DNA of 64,000 bases from Thermodesulfobacteriota bacterium (lineage in GTDB: Bacteria > Desulfobacterota_D > UBA1144 > Nemesobacterales > Nemesobacteraceae), in NCBI GenBank assembly GCA_965202785.1, contig OZ241855.1, forward strand, positions 768,001 to 832,000, in the 5' to 3' direction. Under the pieces are notes generated by a model. The model saw nothing but the letters and a program-made list of their open reading frames with translations, had not been told where the DNA came from and did not search any database. The translations under genes and the position numbers were made by a program. Within the stretch, counting starts at the first letter, position 1. Every line of letters begins with the position of its first letter. Shown in pieces: positions 57,897-64,000 of this stretch.

Positions 57897-58681
57897 GTAG
57901 GTTTGCATCCGAAGTTGTCAACAGTCTCCTCAACTTTGTTCTCGGCGTTGGAGAGGTCTGCTTTTTCTTATGGAATTCAATCGTAGCCACTGTTACTCCT
58001 CCCTATGATTACGGTCTTCTGACGGCTCAGATATACGATATAGGCTATCGTTCTGTGTCGATAGTCGTGGTTTCCGCCATGGCGATCGGAATGGTGATGG
58101 TGGTACAGATGGCGTGGGGATTCGCGTGGTTCGGGGCGAAGGGACTTGTGGGTCCCGTGGTTACTCTCTCGTTCGTGAGGGAGCTCGGTCCCATAATAAC
58201 CTCTCTTCTTGTGGGTGGCAGGGTCGGTTCCGGCATTACAGCTGAGATAAGCTCGATGAAGGTAACAGAGCAGATAGACGCCATAAAGACCCTTGGAGCC
58301 GATCCGATCAGAAAACTTGTCTCTCCAAGACTCATGGCGTGCATCATATCTTTTCCATTGCTTGCAGTAATATCTAACCTCGCGGGCATAGGAGGGGCGA
58401 TGATTATCTCGCAGATGGAACTTAACGTGAAACCCACTCTTTTCATCGAAAGCATAAGAGGCTGGGTTTCTCTTGAAGACCTGATGACCGGCATTTCCAA
58501 GACGCTGTTTTTCGGAATCATAGTGGCGATTACCGGCTGCTATGTGGGAATGAAGGCCGAGGGGGGAACACGCGGGGTCGGAAACGCCACCACTAAAACT
58601 GTTGTGATCTCGCTTTTTCTGATAATACTTTTCGACTTCATTCTCTCGAAAATCTTCGTTATTGCTTTTTATGACTTTTAA
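57893..58681 (+). CDS. mlaE: MlaE-family ABC permease
   Basis: Motifs RELGP, GRVGSGITAEISSMKVTEQIDA and GGTRGVGNATTKTVV. Confidence 0.9.
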   Translation: MSRFASEVVNSLLNFVLGVGEVCFFLWNSIVATVTPPYDYGLLTAQIYDIGYRSVSIVVVSAMAIGMVMVVQMAWGFAWFGAKGLVGPVVTLSFVRELGPIITSLLVGGRVGSGITAEISSMKVTEQIDAIKTLGADPIRKLVSPRLMACIISFPLLAVISNLAGIGGAMIISQMELNVKPTLFIESIRGWVSLEDLMTGISKTLFFGIIVAITGCYVGMKAEGGTRGVGNATTKTVVISLFLIILFDFILSKIFVIAFYDF

Positions 58682-58708
58682 TCTTTTCCCCGGCCCGCTT
58701 AAATTTCT

Positions 58709-58736
58709 TTGACTTTGAGGTTACATTCGGTAGAAT
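58709..58736 (+). promoter_or_regulatory. rplM-rpsI promoter
   Basis: TTGACT-N16-TAGAAT. Confidence 0.6.
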
Positions 58737-58769
58737 CGATACCCTTAATTTATCCGAAGAGAGAATACT

Positions 58770-59198
58770 ATGAAGTCATACATGGCCAGAAACGACGATT
58801 TTGAAAAGAAGTGGTACCTGATTGACGCTCAGGGAAAACCCGTCGGAAGGCTTGCGACCAAAGTGGTCTCGATTCTTAGGGGCAAGGACAAGCCGCAGTT
58901 TGCTCCTCATTCGGATATCGGAGATTTTGTCGTTATAGTCAACGCCGAGAAAGCCACGTTCTCCGGCAGGAAATGGGAGCAGAAAACCTACTACAGCCAT
59001 TCCCACTATCCCGGGGGACTTAAATCCGTTACTGCGCAAGAGCTGGCCGAGAAAAAGCCGGGCGAGATAATCCGCAAGGCCGTCTGGGGGATGCTTCCCA
59101 AAAACAGGTGGCAGAAGAAACTCATACAGCGGATGAAAATCTATGTCGGAGACAAGCATCCGCACATGGCCCAAAATCCCGAGGTTCTGGAGGTCTGA
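58770..59198 (+). CDS. rplM: 50S ribosomal protein L13
   Basis: Motifs WYLIDA, GRLAT, LRGKDKP, GDFVVIVNA and GMLPKN. Confidence 0.98.
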   Translation: MKSYMARNDDFEKKWYLIDAQGKPVGRLATKVVSILRGKDKPQFAPHSDIGDFVVIVNAEKATFSGRKWEQKTYYSHSHYPGGLKSVTAQELAEKKPGEIIRKAVWGMLPKNRWQKKLIQRMKIYVGDKHPHMAQNPEVLEV

Positions 59199-59204
59199 TT
59201 CATT

Positions 59205-59600
59205 ATGCCTGAAACCGTTATTTACAATGGCACGGGGAGAAGAAAAACGTCAATAGCAAGAGTCTGGCTTAGGAGAGGTAGCGGTTCCATTACCGTGAAC
59301 AAGAAATCCGTGGAAGAGTACTTTCCCAGAGAGGCATGGCAGATAAAGGCCCGCGAACCACTTAGCGTCACCGATACTTCCATGGAGTATGATGTGATGG
59401 TCAGGGTGAAAGGAGGAGGACTTACCGGCCAGGCGGGAGCCATGAGCCACGGACTTGCCAGAGCCCTTCTCAAGGCCAACGAGTCGCTTCGCAAGAAACT
59501 CAAGGTTTCTGGACTGCTGAAACGCGATCCCAGGATGGTTGAGAGCAAAAAGTATGGGAAGCGCAAGGCAAGAAGGGGACAGCAGTTCTCCAAAAGGTAA
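59205..59600 (+). CDS. rpsI: 30S ribosomal protein S9
   Basis: Motifs GTGRRKTSIARV, GGGLTGQAGA and QFSKR. Confidence 0.98.
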   Translation: MPETVIYNGTGRRKTSIARVWLRRGSGSITVNKKSVEEYFPREAWQIKAREPLSVTDTSMEYDVMVRVKGGGLTGQAGAMSHGLARALLKANESLRKKLKVSGLLKRDPRMVESKKYGKRKARRGQQFSKR

Positions 59601-59607
59601 TTTATAC

Positions 59608-60951
59608 TTGACCGATCCAAACCAGAAGTTCCAGAGAAAATTCGACATCCGCCCGGCCAAGGGAAAGCTTGGGGTGCTGATTCCCGGGATGAGCGGGGCG
59701 GTAAGCACAACTTTCATAGCGGGCGTAAAGGCGGTAGTAAAGGGAGTGGGAAGGCCCATCGGCTCCCTGACGCAGATGGGGAAAATCAGGCTCGGCAAAA
59801 GAACCGAGAAGAATTTTCCTTTCATAAAAGATTTGGTTCCGGTGGCGGAAATTCAGGACATGGTGTTTGCCGGATGGGACATACACGATGAAGACTGCCA
59901 CGCCTCAGCGCTTCGGGCCGGAGTGCTCAATCCCGAACTTCTCGAGAAGATAAGACGGGATCTTGAAAAAGAGTCTCCCATGCGGGCTGTTTTCGATAAC
60001 AGGTACGTCCGCAACCTCAAAGGTTCCTACGTAAAGAAGGGCAAGACGAAGATGCATCTTGCCGAGGCGTTGATCAGGGACATAAAGAGATTCCAGAGGG
60101 AAAACGATATCGAAAGGCTGGTAATGCTCTGGTGCGGGAGTACCGAGGTATATCTTGAGCCGTCGGAAGTTCATGAGACCGTAGAGAGTTTCGAGAAGGG
60201 GCTGAGGGAAAATCACGACGATATTCCCCCAAGCATGATCTACGCCTACGCGGCCATAAAATGCGGCGCCTCCTACGGAAACGGGGCCCCGAATCTGTCC
60301 GTGGACATCCCCGCGCTTCAGCAGCTCGCGATTGAAAACGAGGTTCCCATAGCCGGCAAGGATTTCAAAACCGGCCAGACACTCATGAAGACTATACTGG
60401 CTCCGGGCCTTAAAAGCAGGATGCTCGGGCTCAACGGGTGGTTTTCAACCAATATACTGGGTAACCGGGACGGAGAGGTGCTTGATGATCCCGGTTCTTT
60501 CAAAACTAAGGAAGAAAGCAAGCTGGGCGCACTTGAGTACATATTTCAGCCCGAGATAAATCCTGAGCTTTATTCGGATTACTACCACAAGGTAAGAATA
60601 AACTATTACCCGCCGCGCGGAGACGAAAAAGAGGCCTGGGACAATATAGACGTTTTCGGATGGCTCGATTATCCCATGCAGATAAAGGTCAATTTTCTCT
60701 GCCGCGACAGCATACTTGCAGCACCGGTGGTTCTTGATCTCGTGCTGTTCCTAGACCTTGCGCATCGCGCCGGCATCTACGGGGTTCAGGAGTGGCTTTC
60801 CTTTTATTTCAAAAGCCCCATGGTCGATAAGAAGCTCTACCCCGAGCACGATCTTTTCGTTCAATTCACCAAGCTGCAGAACACGCTTCGCTACCTGCAG
60901 GGCGAAGAACTGATAAGCCATCTGGGGATTGATTACTACGGTTTCGGTTAA
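59608..60951 (+). CDS. ino1: myo-inositol-1-phosphate synthase
   Basis: Motifs GWD, LWCGSTE, NGAP, GKDFKTGQT, NILGNRDG and CRDSILAAP; probable TTG start at 59608. Confidence 0.92.
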   Translation: MTDPNQKFQRKFDIRPAKGKLGVLIPGMSGAVSTTFIAGVKAVVKGVGRPIGSLTQMGKIRLGKRTEKNFPFIKDLVPVAEIQDMVFAGWDIHDEDCHASALRAGVLNPELLEKIRRDLEKESPMRAVFDNRYVRNLKGSYVKKGKTKMHLAEALIRDIKRFQRENDIERLVMLWCGSTEVYLEPSEVHETVESFEKGLRENHDDIPPSMIYAYAAIKCGASYGNGAPNLSVDIPALQQLAIENEVPIAGKDFKTGQTLMKTILAPGLKSRMLGLNGWFSTNILGNRDGEVLDDPGSFKTKEESKLGALEYIFQPEINPELYSDYYHKVRINYYPPRGDEKEAWDNIDVFGWLDYPMQIKVNFLCRDSILAAPVVLDLVLFLDLAHRAGIYGVQEWLSFYFKSPMVDKKLYPEHDLFVQFTKLQNTLRYLQGEELISHLGIDYYGFG

Positions 60952-60963
60952 ACCGGTTCTGCT

Positions 60964-62109
60964 CTACTGCTTAAGGAAGCTTTCCAGGTCTTTTCTCACG
61001 CCGGAACTTGCGAGTTTCCCGAGAGCGGCCTTTTCTATCTGCCTTATCCTTTCCCTGGTCAGATTGAACCTCTTGCCGATCTCATCGAGAGTGTAGGTGC
61101 TCTGGCGTCCTATTCCGAAGCGAAGCCTGATGATTTCCTCTTCTCTTTGATTCAGAAGGGTAAGTGCTTCCTTCAGTTTTTCCGCGAGAGACATTTTCGC
61201 TATTATCGTGTCAGGGATTTTAGCTTCCTTGTCCGCGACCGAATCAAGAAGCGTGGTTTTCTCCCCGTCGAGAACCGGAGTGTCGAGGCTTATGGCGTCG
61301 TTTGTGGAATTGAGAATCCTGTTTATAACCTCTGCTGAGATTCCCGAGGCCTCGGCTATTTCCTTGGGCGTCGGCTTTCTTCCCATTTCCTTGCTGAGCT
61401 TTGCGCTCGTCTTGTAAACTCTGTTTGCCTGCTCCAGCAAGTAAACAGGGACCTTTATGGTTCTGGTCTGTCCCTGAAGGGCCCTGAGTATGGCCTGGTG
61501 TATCCACCATGAGGCGTAGGTGGAGAACTTGTACCCCTTTGTGTAATCAAATCTTTCAACCGCACGCATTAGACCGAGATTTCCTTCCTGAATGAGGTCC
61601 GGAAGGGGCAGGCCCCTGCTCATGTATCTTCTCGAAATCGTTATTACGAGCCTCAGGTTGGCTTTTACGAATTTCTGCTTGAGTTTGAGCGCCCAGTCGA
61701 CGTAAATTCTCTCCATCGCGCGCAGAACCGCTATTCTGTGTGCTATCGCACGCGCCTTGGCCGAGTTTCTTCTTGTGCGGATTTTCTCGTATTTTTCAAT
61801 GCTCTTAGGTACCTTGGCCATCCTGATTTCGCACATCTTGATTCTCGCGGATATCTCGACTTCCTGCTTTGCGGCGAAAAGAGGCTCAACGGCCATGTCC
61901 TTAAAATAGACGTAAAGAAGCCGGAGCTGTTCATCGGGGATCCACTTGTCCTTTTCTTTGTTTTTTCCCCTGGGTTTCAGTCGCTCTTCGCCCGGGCCGT
62001 CAAAACTCTCTTCGGTTTCGTTTTCCTCGATGTCGTCATCAACATCATAGGATTCAAACCCGGCGTCGTGTTCCGCATTATCCTGAAAATCTTTGTATTT
62101 GATGTCCAT
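60964..62109 (-). CDS. Sigma70-family RNA polymerase sigma factor (RpoD/SigA-like, no region 1.1)
   Basis: Motifs [34 protein letters not shown] and [20 protein letters not shown]. Confidence 0.93.
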   Translation of the reverse strand: MDIKYKDFQDNAEHDAGFESYDVDDDIEENETEESFDGPGEERLKPRGKNKEKDKWIPDEQLRLLYVYFKDMAVEPLFAAKQEVEISARIKMCEIRMAKVPKSIEKYEKIRTRRNSAKARAIAHRIAVLRAMERIYVDWALKLKQKFVKANLRLVITISRRYMSRGLPLPDLIQEGNLGLMRAVERFDYTKGYKFSTYASWWIHQAILRALQGQTRTIKVPVYLLEQANRVYKTSAKLSKEMGRKPTPKEIAEASGISAEVINRILNSTNDAISLDTPVLDGEKTTLLDSVADKEAKIPDTIIAKMSLAEKLKEALTLLNQREEEIIRLRFGIGRQSTYTLDEIGKRFNLTRERIRQIEKAALGKLASSGVRKDLESFLKQ

Positions 62110-62273
62110 CTTACTTTCTCACCAATTCCCTGATTGAAAAACGGAGGCAACAAAAAAGGTTTTCAAAGCCCAAGCGGGCAATGAAAATTAGCACCTTCCG
62201 TCCCTATTAGGGAATTATAAGATTTTTCGAGCTAAAATGTAAGCGTTTTTTTCCGAGTGCGGTTTCGCGGAAG

Positions 62274-62885
62274 TTACTTCGCCCCGGCGAAGTTCTCCGA
62301 AACCTGTTCCCAGTTCACCACATTCCACCACGCCTTCACGTAGTCGGGCCTTCTGTTCTGGTAGTTCAGATAATATGCATGCTCCCAGACATCGAGACCC
62401 AGAATGGGTTTTAGTCCCTCGGAAACCGGATTATCTTGGTTTGCGGTGGATGTTACCACGAGCCCTCCGCCCTCGTCCACGCAAAGCCACGCCCAGCCGC
62501 TTCCGAACCTGGTGGCGGCCGCCTTGGAGAATGTCTCGGCGAAAGCATCGAAGCTTCCGAACGCGGAATCTATTGCATCGGCAAGCTCGCCCGAAGGCGT
62601 TCCTCCGGAACCGGGGGCCATGCACGGCCAGAAAAGGCTGTGATTCGCGTGTCCTCCACCGTTGTTTCTTACCGCAGTTCTTATGTCTTCGGGAACGGAG
62701 TCAAGATCGCCGAGCAGTTCCTCGAGCGATTTGCCTGCCAACTCCGGATGCTTCTCCAGCGCTGCGTTTAAGTTGTTTACGTACCCTTGGTGATGCTTTG
62801 AATGATGGATTCTCATCGTTTCCGCGTCTATATGCGGCTCCAAAGCGTCATGATCATAAGGAAGACCAGGTAGTTCGTGCGCCAT
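62274..62885 (-). CDS. sodA: Superoxide dismutase, Mn-type signature
   Basis: Motifs [26 protein letters not shown] and DVWEHAYY. Confidence 0.93.
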   Translation of the reverse strand: MAHELPGLPYDHDALEPHIDAETMRIHHSKHHQGYVNNLNAALEKHPELAGKSLEELLGDLDSVPEDIRTAVRNNGGGHANHSLFWPCMAPGSGGTPSGELADAIDSAFGSFDAFAETFSKAAATRFGSGWAWLCVDEGGGLVVTSTANQDNPVSEGLKPILGLDVWEHAYYLNYQNRRPDYVKAWWNVVNWEQVSENFAGAK

Positions 62886-62929
62886 TTTCCTCTCCTTTTA
62901 ATCTCTCGAAATAAAAAGCCAAGTTTGGG

Positions 62930-62958
62930 ATTATATATACAACTGCTGACAGTTGCAA
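62930..62958 (-). promoter_or_regulatory. sodA promoter with a palindromic operator
   Basis: TTGCAA-N17-TATAAT; CAACTG-N4-CAGTTG at 62940-62955. Confidence 0.65.
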
Positions 62959-63033
62959 GTAGATTATACCAGAAATTACCCCACGTTTTTACATATAGTG
63001 GCGATAAAGTAAATTTAAACCCTTGAGGTTCCC

Positions 63034-63771
63034 ATGTCGGAAAACATTATTGAAATGACGGACGTGTGTAAGTCCTTTGACGGAAAGACGGTTCACAGGG
63101 GAATAAATCTTTTCGTAAGAAGGGGAGAAATCATTACCGTCTTGGGGGAGAGCGGAGTTGGGAAAAGCGTTTTGCTCAAGGAGATAAACGGTCTCGTTAA
63201 ACCCGACAGCGGGAAGGTAGTGGTTCTGGGAGAGGATACGGCGCAAATGGATGAGAGGCAGCTTGTGAAAATAAGAAAGGAAACGGGCATGCTGTTTCAG
63301 GGCTCTGCCCTTTTTGACTCGCTTACCGTAGAGGAGAATATAGCCTATCCTCTGATTGAAAACTCGGATCTTCCCACTGAGGAGATAAAAAAAGCGGTTG
63401 CCCGCAACCTTGAACTGGTCGATCTTCCGGGAATCGAAGACAAGTACCCCGGGGAACTAAGCGGAGGGATGAAAAAAAGAGTGGCTCTTGCAAGAGCGAT
63501 CGCCACCCGCCCGAAGATTCTTCTCTACGACGAGCCCACGACCGGTCTTGATCCTCCCAATATAAAAAGGATCGCCAAGTTAATAAAGAGCATGAGAGAC
63601 CGGCTCAGGATAACCGGGGTCGTTATTACCCACGACATAGGAACCGCCTACGAGGTTTCTGACAGGATAGCGTTTCTTTACGAGGGAGAAATTGTGTTCA
63701 CGGGAACTGTGCCCGAGGCCCGGGAGAGCAATATTTCCACATTCAGGAATTTTCTCGATAGCAAGATGTAG
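63034..63771 (+). CDS. mlaF: MlaF-family ABC ATP-binding protein
   Basis: Motifs GESGVGKS, LFQGSALFDSLTV, LSGGMKKRVALARA and YDEPTTGLDP. Confidence 0.9.
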   Translation: MSENIIEMTDVCKSFDGKTVHRGINLFVRRGEIITVLGESGVGKSVLLKEINGLVKPDSGKVVVLGEDTAQMDERQLVKIRKETGMLFQGSALFDSLTVEENIAYPLIENSDLPTEEIKKAVARNLELVDLPGIEDKYPGELSGGMKKRVALARAIATRPKILLYDEPTTGLDPPNIKRIAKLIKSMRDRLRITGVVITHDIGTAYEVSDRIAFLYEGEIVFTGTVPEARESNISTFRNFLDSKM

Positions 63772-64000
63772 AGGCCTTGCAGCTGGATTCGATCGAAGTA
63801 ACTGCGATTGGCTCTCTATCCGGCTTTCAAATTCATCCAACGCTAAGTTTTTAGCTATCAGACAAGGCGTAGTTGCGTCCGATGACAACTAAGATTCTTG
63901 GGCGCGCACTTTCATTGCAAGCCCGCAAGCGACGAACCTGCCCGCTGTCCCATGCAACGCAACAATTTAAAGCAGGATCTTAAGTTCTTTCAGCCCTGGT

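Noticed and set aside
63772-64000. Possible gene remnant at the window end
   Set aside because: The minus-strand frames are interrupted by stops and no plus-strand ORF or motif is evident; context outside the window is needed

Overview
This is a densely coded bacterial chromosomal window of about 65 CDS, mostly core metabolism. The gene style and content suggest a diderm Deltaproteobacteria-related lineage, possibly Candidatus Dadabacteria; this is an unverified inference. Housekeeping genes include smc, secA, folK/folD, thiD, trpEG, rpmH-rnpA-yidD-yidC-jag, gltX, coaE, fabH, rplM-rpsI, a sigma70 factor and sodA. Metabolic loci include the F420 gene cofD, two LLM oxidoreductases, Na+-pumping oadGAB, an acyl-CoA carboxylase, two paralogous CaiC-like CoA ligases, three tandem LivK-like binding proteins, and a cobalamin riboswitch upstream of btuB. 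I found no rRNA, tRNA, CRISPR array, transposase or prophage. Features the ORF track misses are rpmH, rpmG, a frameshifted higB toxin and a uORF between the riboswitch and btuB. The most notable observations are: (1) a ~50-aa SecA insertion resembling the Thermotogae/Aquificae signature insert; (2) an EXPERA/EBP (sterol-isomerase-like) membrane protein that shares an identical 17-bp promoter core with a divergent DUF35 gene; (3) a 61-codon ORF translationally bridging yidD to yidC; (4) small membrane-anchored proteins built of 25-aa DPFQ repeats, expanded by a 333-bp tandem duplication; (5) a Fur/Zur-MerC cluster with Zn-free L33/L28; (6) frequent near-leaderless promoters.
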